64,000 nucleotides of DNA from NCBI GenBank assembly GCA_035368605.1, contig DAOSLF010000007.1, positions 13,747-77,746 of the forward strand, given 5' to 3'. This document shows positions 9,387 through 18,765 of this stretch, one piece after another. Within the stretch, counting starts at the first letter, position 1, and every line of letters starts with the position of its first letter. The notes below the pieces were generated by a model. It did not search any database and had not been told where the DNA came from. It saw only the letters and a program-made list of their open reading frames with translations. The stretch comes from Candidatus Omnitrophota bacterium. Lineage in GTDB: Bacteria; Omnitrophota; Omnitrophia; Omnitrophales; Aquincolibacteriaceae. Made by a program: the position numbers and the translations under genes.

Positions 9387-9808
9387 CAGGGAACTCCTTC
9401 GGCATTATTGCATCTCGCCTGTTCAACGGTGAATTTTTTCTGTCCAAAAATGGACCCGTTCGCGAAAATCCTGAACTCGTATTCGCCCGGATGCGTGAAA
9501 TGGATATCGCGGAGGTTAAAAACAAGCTCGTGCGAAACGAGCGGGCTCGGGACCTGGACATCGTTCGGAATCTCGTTCTGCCCGATGGTCTTGTCCTCAC
9601 CGAGATCGACCAGGTCCAGACGGACCCGGTAACTACCCTGGGCGTCGGTCAGCTTCACGTAGATTGACATTGCCGCGTGGATACACGGAAATTTCATCGC
9701 CCCGATATTTTCGAAAACGCCGATCAGGCTTTTTTTGTTCGTGCCGCGCTCCGTGATCACATAGTCACAGATCAGCATTGCGTTCGTTTTTGGGACAGGC
9801 AGCACCAT
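9386..9808 (-). CDS. hypothetical protein
   Basis: 140-aa ORF with a 1-nt overlap onto the DJ-1 gene. No recognisable motif. Confidence 0.45.
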   Translation of the reverse strand: MVLPVPKTNAMLICDYVITERGTNKKSLIGVFENIGAMKFPCIHAAMSIYVKLTDAQGSYRVRLDLVDLGEDKTIGQNEIPNDVQVPSPLVSHELVFNLRDIHFTHPGEYEFRIFANGSIFGQKKFTVEQARCNNAEGVP

Positions 9809-9861
9809 TTAATCAAGTCCTTTCATGAAAAACGCGTTCATATTACGGTTCAGGTTGTCGT

Positions 9862-10146
9862 TCAGCCGAACTTGTAATGCTTTTTGACGGCTTTTTTGAT
9901 CCGCCACGTACAGTGAAGGCCTTCGGGGAAGGTCACGAGATCACCCTTCCCGATCGTCACCTCCCCGCCCGGGATCGTGACGGTGACATCGCCTTCGAGA
10001 AAATAGCAGACCTCGGTTTTGTCATAGGACCAGTCAAAGACCGAAACCTCCTTCATCCAGATCGGCCAGTTCATCACGCCGAGACTTTTTAATTTTTCAG
10101 GCGCGGGTTTTTCAACCAGCACTTTCCATTCTGTTTTTTCCGTCAC
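9862..10146 (-). CDS. cupin domain protein (small DUF861-type cupin)
   Basis: 94 aa with the cupin beta-barrel pattern (EVCYFLEGDVTVTIPGGEVTIGKGDLVTFPEGLHCTW). Confidence 0.7.
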   Translation of the reverse strand: MTEKTEWKVLVEKPAPEKLKSLGVMNWPIWMKEVSVFDWSYDKTEVCYFLEGDVTVTIPGGEVTIGKGDLVTFPEGLHCTWRIKKAVKKHYKFG

Positions 10147-10223
10147 TCTTGACTCCTCGATTCCAGCGTGGAACGCAGGGCGCTTAAAAAGCTTTCCTCT
10201 ATCCCCCGGCCGGCCGCCATGTT

Positions 10224-10940
10224 TTATTTCCTGAACTTATTGAGCCAACCGCAGTATTCACAATTCGCGGACGCGGCCGGCGCCGGGCCTTCGCAAACGG
10301 CGGCCGACCTCCGGAAGTACGATCTCGCGCGTTCAATATCCGTTCCGATACGGATCGGCTGAATCTCAAATATCACGCGACCGTTCTCCCCCACTTCCCT
10401 GGGAGAATAATAAAGAAGAAAACCATAGCCGGCGGTCTTCATGCCGTTCGCTTCCAGCATCAATGCGTAACAATCCAGTTGAGTCTGGTAGTACTTCGTC
10501 GCGTCCTCTTCGCTGGTCGGCGATCCCTTGGTCTTGTAATCGAAGGGCACGCAAACATCTCCCGCCACCAGGAGATCATCGAGCGCTCCGAAAAGCCGGC
10601 CCCCGTTCTCGAAGTACTCGAGCCCGGTCTTCCAGTCGCGCCAGCGTTCAAGCTGCGCGAGATCCTTATAGAGACACAGTCCCCGAAACTCTTCGCGCGA
10701 GGCAAGTTCGGGAGGGAGGGTTCCTTTGGAACGAAACCCGTCAAAGTACAGTTTGATGACCCGGTCCATACCGCCCGGCAGCGAAGGGAAAATGCCACGC
10801 GGACGTTTGATGTAACGGACCTTCTCGAGCCAGAAACAGCGGGGGCAATCCTTGAAGAGACTAAGACCAGACGGGGACACCTGGAAACTCTTTGTCATCG
10901 GGCTCATCATCAGGGGCATTATATATCTTTTTATGCTCAA
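10224..10940 (-). CDS. PD-(D/E)XK nuclease, Cas4/RecB-like with Fe-S cysteine cluster (standalone)
   Basis: An N-terminal CPRCFWLEK (Cas4-like CPRxxYL) motif, a DYK-T nuclease motif, a QTQLDCYALML (QhxxY) motif and a C-terminal Cx10CxxC. There is no CRISPR or cas context. Confidence 0.65.
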   Translation of the reverse strand: MSIKRYIMPLMMSPMTKSFQVSPSGLSLFKDCPRCFWLEKVRYIKRPRGIFPSLPGGMDRVIKLYFDGFRSKGTLPPELASREEFRGLCLYKDLAQLERWRDWKTGLEYFENGGRLFGALDDLLVAGDVCVPFDYKTKGSPTSEEDATKYYQTQLDCYALMLEANGMKTAGYGFLLYYSPREVGENGRVIFEIQPIRIGTDIERARSYFRRSAAVCEGPAPAASANCEYCGWLNKFRK

Positions 10941-11028
10941 TACACAACGCTCAACAGCAAAAACCAGTCCTTCGGGGCTGATCGCCCGAAAACTGTTTTC
11001 GGGTCCCTGCTTCCGGGTAGCGAGTCCC

Positions 11029-11964
11029 CTATGCCTTTTTCCGATGTCCCGGAAAGGGATCGTCCGGATCGTTAAAGTCGGGCAGATACTCTGTCTTTTC
11101 GCTCAGGACCTGCGTGTAGACCTTTTCGAAACCGAGCTTGTCGATATGTTCGAGCACCCGGCCGTACTCTTCCGGAAGAAGTCCGCGCGTCATCAGACGC
11201 ATCCGTGAGCATGCGGGTACCGGACAAAACTGGCTCATAACGGAAATCGGGATCCCGGGCCCGAATTCGCCGTAAAGAAGGTCCAGGACCTTCAGGCTGT
11301 TCTCAACGTGGCCGGGAAGGACAAGATGGCGAACCAGGACCCCGCGGCGCGCGGTCTGGTTTCCCTCGGGGTCCCAGAGGTCGAGGAATCCTTTTAACCG
11401 TACCATCCGCCGGATCGCCGCCATCGCGATCCCGGGATAATTTTCATCATTCATGCAGAGTTTCGCGAGCGCGCCGTCCGCGAATTTCATATCCGGAAGG
11501 AAGATATCCATGAAATCCGCATACTCCGGGATCAACGCCTCCTTTTGATACCCCGAGCTGTTAAAGAGCTTGGGGATCAGGATCTCCTCTTCCCTGAGCC
11601 GGAAACAAAGTTCTTTGATATGGGGCCAGAAATGGTCCGGGGTCACGAAGTTGAGATTGTGGACCTTGCTTTCGATGAGCGTCTTGACCTCGCGGAAGAA
11701 TTGCTCCGCTGAATAGACCGTCCCCCGGTGATTCGTGGAGATCTGATGGTTCTGGCAAAAAAAACAGTGACTTGAGCAGCCGCAAAAAAAAATGGTCCCC
11801 GAACCGCGCGTCCCGGAAAAGGACGGTTCCTCGCCGGTGTGAGGTCCGATATGGGAAATCCGGAGTTCCGCGGTCTCGCCGCAAACACCCATCCGGCCGC
11901 GGGTCCGGTCAACCCCGCAATCGCGCGGGCAAAGCTGACAATGGCCGTAAAGATCCGTATTCAT
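11029..11964 (-). CDS. radical SAM protein (PflX/COG1313-like, homolog of PFL-activating enzymes)
   Basis: CGCSSHCFFCQN contains the CxxxCxxC motif. An extra N-terminal Cys cluster (CQLCPRDCGVDR) suggests a second Fe-S site. Confidence 0.75.
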   Translation of the reverse strand: MNTDLYGHCQLCPRDCGVDRTRGRMGVCGETAELRISHIGPHTGEEPSFSGTRGSGTIFFCGCSSHCFFCQNHQISTNHRGTVYSAEQFFREVKTLIESKVHNLNFVTPDHFWPHIKELCFRLREEEILIPKLFNSSGYQKEALIPEYADFMDIFLPDMKFADGALAKLCMNDENYPGIAMAAIRRMVRLKGFLDLWDPEGNQTARRGVLVRHLVLPGHVENSLKVLDLLYGEFGPGIPISVMSQFCPVPACSRMRLMTRGLLPEEYGRVLEHIDKLGFEKVYTQVLSEKTEYLPDFNDPDDPFPGHRKKA

Positions 11965-12045
11965 CGTTTTAAAGACCCGGTCGGAAGATCATTGGATACG
12001 GCGCTGGATGAGATCATCAGGTTCAGTTATTTCCGCTACCCGGGA

Positions 12046-12906
12046 TCAGGGAACGACTTCTTTAAAGGCATCCGGCAGGGACATCAGGATATCGCCTGCG
12101 ATCAGGCTTGTCTTGCCGACCGCTTTCGCCGCGAGATCGCCCGCAAGGCCGTGGACATGAACCCCGAGGCAGGCTGCTTCATAAAGGGAAAAACCCTGAC
12201 CCGCCAAAGCGGCGATCACTCCGGTGAGCACATCGCCGGAACCTGCCGTTGCCATGCCGGGATTCCCCGTCTTGTTCACATAAATCTCTCCGGCAGGATC
12301 CGCCACGACCGTGTGATGACCTTTGAGAACGATCACAACGCCGTGCTCTTTCGCGGCTTCGGCGGCGCGTTTTTTTCTCACGGCGTCCGAGGTATCGAGT
12401 TTCCCGTCGAACAAACGAACGAATTCTCCGGGATGAGGCGTCAGGACACTGGGCGCCGTCCTTTTTTTAAAAAGATCCAGATGCCCTTTAAGGGCGTTCA
12501 AACCATCAGCGTCGATCACAAGCGGCAACGCCGTGTCCGCGCTCACCCGACGGACCAGCTTCTGCGTCGTCACATGCTGTGAAAGTCCGGGACCGATCGC
12601 CATCACGTCCTGCGTGCGGCAGAATTTCCGGATTTCCGGAAAAGCCGAAAGCGCGAGCGTCCCTTTGGAGGTGGACGGGAGCGGACGCGTCATAAGTTCG
12701 GAATTGCGGCGTGCGATGATCAGATAGATCGCATCGGGGATTCCGAGCGTCACAAGCCCCGCGCCCGATCTTAGAGCCGCCATGCCCGCGAGATCCGCGG
12801 CTCCGATCATGCCGCGGGAACCGGCAAGAATGAAGACCCGCCCCATATCGCCTTTATGAACCGTGGCCGGACGTCTGAGCTTTTTTGCGAGAGTGTGGAT
12901 ATTCAT
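12046..12906 (-). CDS. nnrD: NAD(P)H-hydrate dehydratase (YjeF C-terminal domain)
   Basis: VHKGDMGRVFILAGSRGMIGAA ... VLTPHPGEF ... GNPGMATAGSGDVL are the conserved carbohydrate-kinase-like motifs. Confidence 0.85.
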   Translation of the reverse strand: MNIHTLAKKLRRPATVHKGDMGRVFILAGSRGMIGAADLAGMAALRSGAGLVTLGIPDAIYLIIARRNSELMTRPLPSTSKGTLALSAFPEIRKFCRTQDVMAIGPGLSQHVTTQKLVRRVSADTALPLVIDADGLNALKGHLDLFKKRTAPSVLTPHPGEFVRLFDGKLDTSDAVRKKRAAEAAKEHGVVIVLKGHHTVVADPAGEIYVNKTGNPGMATAGSGDVLTGVIAALAGQGFSLYEAACLGVHVHGLAGDLAAKAVGKTSLIAGDILMSLPDAFKEVVP

Positions 12907-12965
12907 CGTTCCGGTATAAGCGGCAAGTTACAATTGAAAAACTTTTACTTCCCCCTTAACGCTTG

Positions 12966-13706
12966 TCACTTGCCGCTGGTTATGATCTTCTTCATTTCAG
13001 CCACGGCCTTGGCAATCCCGACAAAAAACGCGCGGCTGACGATGGAATGTCCGATGTTAAACTCACGGATCCCGGGGATCCGGAGAAGCGGGAAGATATT
13101 CCCGTAGGTCAGCCCGTGACCGGCATGGATGCGAAGCCCGAGTTCCGAACCAAGCCGCGCCATCCGCTTGATTCTTTCAAGCTCCTGATTCCGGGCTTTT
13201 CCCGAAGCGTTGGCGTAAGCCCCCGTATGGATCTCAATAGCCTCGACCCCGAGCCGTGCCGCTTCCCGGACCTGTTTCTCGTCCGGGTCGATAAAAAGGC
13301 TTACTTCGATCTTCCGTTTTTGAAGGGCATTGACCGTCCGCTCGAGACGGCCTCGCTTATTGAAAAGATCAAGCCCCCCTTCGGTCGTGATCTCCTGGCG
13401 TTTTTCCGGAACCAAGCACGCCTTTTCGGGCACCCCCTTCAGCGCGATCTTCAGAATCTCGGGGGAGACCGACATCTCGAGGTTAAGGGGCACGTGAATA
13501 TTCCGAAGCAGTCCGAAGAGATCACTATCCTGGATATGCCGTCGGTCTTCGCGAAGATGGATCGTGATGCTGTCCGCGCCGCCCCGCTCAGCCTCCAGCG
13601 CCGCTTCCAGCACCGACGGTTCCGGGGCGCGCCTCGCCTGACGCACGGTCGCGACGTGGTCAATGTTCACACCGAGCTTTTTCTCCGGGATCTTCGGGGT
13701 CATGGG
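12966..13706 (-). CDS. pdxJ: pyridoxine 5'-phosphate synthase
   Basis: LGVNIDHVATVRQAR ... HLREDRRHI ... IELHTG-like motifs. I placed the start at the internal Met (MTPKIPEKKLGVNIDH) rather than the ORF-track start. Confidence 0.9.
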   Translation of the reverse strand, partial: PMTPKIPEKKLGVNIDHVATVRQARRAPEPSVLEAALEAERGGADSITIHLREDRRHIQDSDLFGLLRNIHVPLNLEMSVSPEILKIALKGVPEKACLVPEKRQEITTEGGLDLFNKRGRLERTVNALQKRKIEVSLFIDPDEKQVREAARLGVEAIEIHTGAYANASGKARNQELERIKRMARLGSELGLRIHAGHGLTYGNIFPLLRIPGIREFNIGHSIVSRAFFVGIAKAVAEMKKIITSGK

Positions 13707-13710
13707 ACCT

Positions 13711-14652
13711 TCATTTTTTTTCGTTGGTGATCGAAACCCTGATCGTAATGGGCTGCGCATCCTTGAGGCTCACATTCGGAGACAGCTCCACGATAAGCGG
13801 CAGTTCATAGTCCCCCTTCTTCATCGCCCCGAGATCCACATAGGCGCGTATCTGCTCGGGCTCCAGCTTTTCAAGATACCGCTTGGAACCTTTCAGGAAA
13901 AAGCTGACGCGGTCGGGATCAAGCGTGACGGTCCCCTTCGACTCGGAAAGACGCAACGAGCGGACCGCGACATCCCGGAACTCCTTCTCGTCGAACTCTT
14001 CCCGGATCGGGATGTAGGCATCCACAAGGGACTCACTCATGGATTTAACACCTGTCGGCAACCGGACTTCGACGGTGCGGTTGAAGGAACGGATACGTCC
14101 CACGAGATCGATCGGTTCGGTCTTCACGGATTTCATCGTTTCCAGCACGCTTTTGGGCCCCTGCGTCAGTATGGCGTTCGGGTCCATGCGGATCTCGTCC
14201 TTCAGAAGTTTGTAGCCGATCGCCGGATCGCCCGTGAAATCAGGTTCGATCTCGAGCTTCTGCATGATCAGCTCATCCAGCATGAGGGAAATGGTCTCAG
14301 GCTCGATCGTTACAACGCGGACCTGAAAACTCGGCAACCGGATTTCGTTCGGCTCAAGACGGAACGAATACTCACCGGCTCCCTTGATCTCGGAACCAAG
14401 TTTGTGAACGGCGCTGATATCCTCGCTCGCGAGGTTCACAATCAGGGAGCGCGGCGCTGAAAGGGTGACCTGGACCACCCGATTCGAGATCTTCGAAATG
14501 GTCAGCTGCGGGTTCTCGATCTCGACCCGGAGCGGAATCACGCGCGTAACCTCGATATTCTCCTCACCAAGCGCGTAATACCAGAGACCGATTGCGAGGA
14601 CAAGCGAGATCGCCTTGAGGCCCCAGCTCTTCGTGAGCCAGTCCGAGATCAT
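13711..14652 (-). CDS. cdaR: YbbR-like domain protein CdaR (regulator of diadenylate cyclase)
   Basis: N-terminal TM plus repeated YbbR-like beta domains. It lies immediately downstream of cdaA with a 4-nt overlap. Confidence 0.75.
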   Translation of the reverse strand: MISDWLTKSWGLKAISLVLAIGLWYYALGEENIEVTRVIPLRVEIENPQLTISKISNRVVQVTLSAPRSLIVNLASEDISAVHKLGSEIKGAGEYSFRLEPNEIRLPSFQVRVVTIEPETISLMLDELIMQKLEIEPDFTGDPAIGYKLLKDEIRMDPNAILTQGPKSVLETMKSVKTEPIDLVGRIRSFNRTVEVRLPTGVKSMSESLVDAYIPIREEFDEKEFRDVAVRSLRLSESKGTVTLDPDRVSFFLKGSKRYLEKLEPEQIRAYVDLGAMKKGDYELPLIVELSPNVSLKDAQPITIRVSITNEKK

Positions 14653-15467
14653 GGTGTGGGCTTCCTCTGAAACTGGAACAGTCTTTTGTTTTTCTCGATG
14701 AACTCCTGGAGGAGGCTCTTGCCTTCGGCGGGATGCAATAGACCCTCAAGGGTCTTCCGCAGATCGGCAATGTCAAGGGCCCTGGTCAGGTTGCCGGATA
14801 CCGCGATCGAAATATTGCCGGTCTCCTCCGAGATCACAATGCAGATGGCATCGTTCTCCTCGGTAATACCGATTGCGGCCCGGTGGCGCGTCCCCATCGA
14901 CGGCGGAAGATCGGTTGACTGGGTCAAGGGAAAAAGCGAACCGCAAGAGGCGATCCGGTCCCCGCTCAGGATAACCGCCCCGTCATGGGTCGGCGTGTGG
15001 GGATCAAAGATGCTCCAGATCAGTTCCGCGCTGAATTTTGCGTCAATCATCATACCGCTTTCGATATAGGTCTTCAGTCCCATCTCGCGCTCGATCGCGA
15101 TAATCGCTCCAACGCGGTTCCTCGACAAATGGTCGACTGCGCGAAGAATCTCGTCCATGAGTCCGCCGAGCGGAAGGAAGCTGTTCGACATCGTAGTGCC
15201 GATACGGGCGAGCGCGCGGCGCATCTCAGGCTGGAAGATGATCAGGAAAGCAACGACGCCGACTGCGAACAGTTTCGACATGACCCAGATGATGCTGTTC
15301 AGCTCGAAGAATTTCGCGATCAGGAAAAGGATGACAAGGATCAGAAGACCAAGCAGCACCTGCATGGCGCGGGTCCCCTGGAAGAACCGGATCACCGAAT
15401 AGATCAGCACCCAGATCACAAGGATTTCGATGAGCGGGCGCCAGACAGAAAGGATCATCTGCAACAT
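14649..15467 (-). CDS. cdaA: diadenylate cyclase CdaA (membrane-anchored DAC domain)
   Basis: Three N-terminal TMs, then the DAC motifs (DGAVIL...RHRAAIGITEENDAICIVISEETG). I placed the start at MLQMIL (15467). Confidence 0.85.
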   Translation of the reverse strand: MLQMILSVWRPLIEILVIWVLIYSVIRFFQGTRAMQVLLGLLILVILFLIAKFFELNSIIWVMSKLFAVGVVAFLIIFQPEMRRALARIGTTMSNSFLPLGGLMDEILRAVDHLSRNRVGAIIAIEREMGLKTYIESGMMIDAKFSAELIWSIFDPHTPTHDGAVILSGDRIASCGSLFPLTQSTDLPPSMGTRHRAAIGITEENDAICIVISEETGNISIAVSGNLTRALDIADLRKTLEGLLHPAEGKSLLQEFIEKNKRLFQFQRKPTP

Positions 15468-15468
15468 A

Positions 15469-15684
15469 TTATTTTTTTCCGAAAATCGTAAAAACAAGCG
15501 TAAGGATAAGGCTCAGCAGGACACAGGTCGCGACAGGAAAGTAGAACGTAAAACTTCCGCGTCGGATAAAGATATCGCCCGGGAGCTTCCCGAGCATCGG
15601 GACCTTCGAAAAAAACCCGGCAAGGACACCCATGGTGATAAGGATGAGTCCAAAGAAAATAAGGGTTTTCGCGAAGTCGTTCAT
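15469..15684 (-). CDS. DUF2905 family small membrane protein
   Basis: 71 aa with two TMs and the LPGDIFIRRGSFTFYFP motif characteristic of DUF2905. Its stop lies 1 nt from the cdaA start. Confidence 0.6.
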   Translation of the reverse strand: MNDFAKTLIFFGLILITMGVLAGFFSKVPMLGKLPGDIFIRRGSFTFYFPVATCVLLSLILTLVFTIFGKK

Positions 15685-15766
15685 AAGCGCATGCCTCGAT
15701 TCGGATTAATATAGCACAGTCCTTTCCCGAGAGGCAATCAATACGTCAGAAAAAGAGCTCAAAAGC

Positions 15767-15807
15767 GTCACAAAACAAAAAGGGGACGGCATGATAGCCG
15801 TCCCCTT
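15767..15807 (-). terminator. Rho-independent terminator of the repeat lipoprotein gene
   Basis: The minus strand reads GGGGACGGC-tatcat-GCCGTCCCC followed by TTTTTGTTTTGT, about 20 nt after the stop at 15828. Confidence 0.55.
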
Positions 15808-15827
15808 TCGCTTCGATCAAATGTTTA

Positions 15828-16499
15828 TTAACTGACGGTCTCGTTCATCGCCCCTGCAGCAGCCTCATCAGCTGGAACAACGGCGTTTTCACCTGAAACC
15901 ACTGCGGATTCCGAGGCAGCAGCCATATCTGTCGCGGCCGTAGCCCCTTCCGTCACCGTCTGCGTCGCTTCCGCGGCAGCGTCTTCAACTGCTGTATCCA
16001 GACCGGCAGCCGCTTCCGCAACCATTGTCTCGGCTCCAGTCACCACGGCAGCATCTTCCGTCGCTGCCTGTGTCACATCGGCGGCAACGTCTTCAACTGC
16101 TGTATCCAGACCGGCAACCGCTTCCGTAGCCATGGTCTCGGTTTCAGTCACCACAGCCGAACCTTCCGTCACCGCCTGCGTGGCTTCGGTGGCGGCTTCT
16201 TCAACTTGCGTTTTGAGCTGATCGGTCAAGGCGCCCAGACCGGATAACTGCTCATTGATCTCTTGCGTAGCTTCCTGGGCTTGCGACTCAAGCGCCGCAA
16301 CGGTTTCTTCAGCCTTCGTCTGGACTTCCAACGCGGTGGTCTGAGCCTCCTGGACAACGTTTTGTAAAGCCGCCGGCAGAGCCGCAGCAGGCTGTTTCTG
16401 AGCCACTGTTTCCCGCACGGGTTGCTCGGCTTTAGAGCATCCGATCAGGGCACCGGGGATCAGCAGAACGGCTAAACATATAATCCATAGCTTGTTCAT
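15828..16499 (-). CDS. lipoprotein, Ala/Thr/Glu-rich with 36-aa tandem repeats
   Basis: Signal peptide with lipobox (LIGC), then low-complexity A/T/E/V sequence with about 2.7 copies of a 36-aa repeat. Confidence 0.65.
   Translation of the reverse strand: MNKLWIICLAVLLIPGALIGCSKAEQPVRETVAQKQPAAALPAALQNVVQEAQTTALEVQTKAEETVAALESQAQEATQEINEQLSGLGALTDQLKTQVEEAATEATQAVTEGSAVVTETETMATEAVAGLDTAVEDVAADVTQAATEDAAVVTGAETMVAEAAAGLDTAVEDAAAEATQTVTEGATAATDMAAASESAVVSGENAVVPADEAAAGAMNETVS
15940..16230. repeat. 108-bp tandem repeat (about 2.7 copies) inside the lipoprotein gene
   Basis: ...gtcttcaactgctgtatccagaccggca(g/a)ccgcttccg... recurs at 15979 and 16087, with a partial third copy near 16195. Confidence 0.7.
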
Positions 16500-16540
16500 G
16501 ACATTCCTCCTTTGGGTTTAAAAACCAGGTTATCAACGAA

Positions 16541-17560
16541 TCAAAAAAGCTGCTTATCAGAAACCGGGGGTTTATGCCCGAAGTGCTGGTAGGTAAGTTC
16601 TGTCACCACACGTCCCGCGGAGGTGCGTTTCATGAATCCCCGCTGGATGAGGTACGGTTCATAAATCTCTTCGATCGTTTCGGGGTCTTCGCCAACACCC
16701 ACCGCAAGGCTGTTGACCCCGACCGGCCCCCCCTTGCACTCCTTTAGTATATATCCAAGAATCCGTTTGTCCATCGGATCAAGACCTTCCTTATCAACCC
16801 CAAGCATCCGGAGTCCCTTGTCCGCAACCTCAGCCGTGATAACACCATCGGCCTTCACCTGCGCGTAATCACGGACGCGGCGGAGGAGACGGTTCGCGAT
16901 GCGCGGCGTCCCGCGCGAACGGCTCGCGATCTCGCGCGCGCCCTGTCCGTCGATCTTGATATCAAGGATCCCCGCGGAGCGTTTCACGATCTCGGCCAGC
17001 GCCGAGTCGTCGTAATAGTTCAGGCGTTCGACGATCCCGAACCGTGAACGAAGCGGAGCCGTCAGAAGTCCGCTCCGCGTCGTTGCTCCGATCAGCGTGA
17101 AGTGCGGGATCTGCATCTTGACGGAACGCGCGTGAGGCCCCTTGTCGATCATGATCTCTATCGAAAAATCCTCCATCGCGGAATAAAGGTACTCTTCCAC
17201 AACGTGCGGGATGCGGTGGATTTCATCGATGAAAAGGACGTCCCCTTTTTCCAGGTTGGTCAGGATGCCGGCGAGGTCGCCCGCACGCTCGAGCACGGGA
17301 CCCGAAACCTGGTGGATCTTCGCGTTCATCCGCTTCGCGATGATATTGGCAAGCGTGGTCTTTCCGAGTCCGGGAGGACCGAAGAGAAGGATATGATCCA
17401 GCGATTCCTTGCGGCCAAGCGCCGCCTCGACAAAGACCTTGAGGTTCTCCTTCACCTGGGTCTGTCCAACGAATTCATCAAGTGTGTTCGGGCGAAGGCT
17501 GACCTCAATATCGAGCTCCTCCGGCCTGAATTCCTGATCCAGCATCCTGTCGTCTTCCAT
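16541..17560 (-). CDS. ruvB: Holliday junction branch migration DNA helicase RuvB
   Basis: [12 protein letters not shown]...[14 protein letters not shown]...FIDEIHR are the canonical RuvB motifs. I trimmed the start to MEDDRML. Confidence 0.95.
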   Translation of the reverse strand: MEDDRMLDQEFRPEELDIEVSLRPNTLDEFVGQTQVKENLKVFVEAALGRKESLDHILLFGPPGLGKTTLANIIAKRMNAKIHQVSGPVLERAGDLAGILTNLEKGDVLFIDEIHRIPHVVEEYLYSAMEDFSIEIMIDKGPHARSVKMQIPHFTLIGATTRSGLLTAPLRSRFGIVERLNYYDDSALAEIVKRSAGILDIKIDGQGAREIASRSRGTPRIANRLLRRVRDYAQVKADGVITAEVADKGLRMLGVDKEGLDPMDKRILGYILKECKGGPVGVNSLAVGVGEDPETIEEIYEPYLIQRGFMKRTSAGRVVTELTYQHFGHKPPVSDKQLF

Positions 17561-17643
17561 AAACCCTCTAGCGCAACGCGCAACGCTCAACGGCCAATGC
17601 AAAAGTCATTTCGTCGCGCGTCTCGTTTTGACCGTTGCGCTGT

Positions 17644-18246
17644 TTAAACATGCTTCAACGCCTTGCGGATAATCTCTTCGACTGTCAGCTTTTCCCCGGA
17701 GATGTCTTTCAGGATCGTCTGCACGGCGTCTTTCGCCTTCTGCTTCGTATATCCAAGCGCGAAAAGCGCCCTTATCGCGTCATCGACCGTCAGGTCCGAC
17801 ACGTTCATGCCATGGACGATATCCTTCGAATCCTTCCCGGCCTCGCGAGGCAGTTTGTCCTTCAGCTCCACGATCACCCGCTCCGCGGTCTTCTTTCCGA
17901 TACCGGAGATCGCCGAGAGCGACGCGACCGAACCGTCCGCGATCGCGCGTTTGAGCTCGGGGATCGTCATTCCGGAAAGCAGTGTGATCGCCATTTTGGG
18001 ACCGATCCCGGAAACCGAAAGAAGGAGCCTGAAAAGCTCGCGTTCATCCTCCGTCGCGAAGCCGTAAAGCAACTGGGCATCCTCCCGGACCACAAAATGC
18101 GTCAACAGCTTCATGGACTGTCCCGGATCAGGGAGCGCGGAGAACGTATTCACCGAAATCCTGACCTCGTAGCCGATGCCATTCACATCCAGCACCGCCG
18201 CGGCCGGCGTCTTCTCGGTTATTTTACCTGCAAGGTATTGATACAT
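17644..18246 (-). CDS. ruvA: Holliday junction branch migration protein RuvA
   Basis: MYQYLAGKITEK...VLDVNGIGYEVRIS is the RuvA N-terminus. I placed the start at the internal Met. Confidence 0.9.
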   Translation of the reverse strand: MYQYLAGKITEKTPAAAVLDVNGIGYEVRISVNTFSALPDPGQSMKLLTHFVVREDAQLLYGFATEDERELFRLLLSVSGIGPKMAITLLSGMTIPELKRAIADGSVASLSAISGIGKKTAERVIVELKDKLPREAGKDSKDIVHGMNVSDLTVDDAIRALFALGYTKQKAKDAVQTILKDISGEKLTVEEIIRKALKHV

Positions 18247-18719
18247 TTCACTTGTCTCGCCGAATGGGCATGGCATAAGGCTATCGCCAACGCATCGGAA
18301 GCGTCAAGCGCGGGCGCTTCTTTCAAATTCAAAAGTCGTTTGACCATGAACTGCACCTGCTCCTTCGATCCGCGACCGTTACCCGTCACGGAGCGTTTCA
18401 CGGCTGTCGGGGCGTATTCTATCACTTCGATCCCTTCCTTAGAAGCCGCGAGCATCGCGCAGGCGCGCGCTTCGCCGATCCTTTCAACAGCGCGAACGTC
18501 CTTCGCGAAAAAAAGCGACTCGATCGCCAATGCGTCGGGCTTGTAGCTCTGGATATTCTTCTGGAGGGATTCGAACATATGGAGAAGACGTTTCGCGATC
18601 GGGTCCCTGGAGTTCGCGCGGATCGTGCCGCAGATCACAACCTTCACGTCCCGGCCGGAGGTCTCGAGGACCCCAAAACCCATCCGGTGCGTACCCGGGT
18701 CAACACCCATCACGCGCAT
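18219..18719 (-). CDS. ruvC: crossover junction endodeoxyribonuclease RuvC
   Basis: MRVMGVDPGTHRMGFGVLE is the RuvC N-terminus. AGGAGG sits upstream of the ATG. Confidence 0.9.
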   Translation of the reverse strand: MRVMGVDPGTHRMGFGVLETSGRDVKVVICGTIRANSRDPIAKRLLHMFESLQKNIQSYKPDALAIESLFFAKDVRAVERIGEARACAMLAASKEGIEVIEYAPTAVKRSVTGNGRGSKEQVQFMVKRLLNLKEAPALDASDALAIALCHAHSARQVKCINTLQVK

Positions 18720-18765
18720 GGATCAAACCTCCTGACCCCATCCAACCTACGAGGTTGGATACGGG

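Noticed and set aside
18720-18765. Hairpins (CCAACC-tacga-GGTTGG and the CGGGTTAACCCG palindrome) between yebC and ruvC as a terminator
   Set aside because: There is no downstream U-tract on the coding (minus) strand, and AGGAGG for ruvC follows immediately. It is more likely a structured intercistronic region than a terminator.
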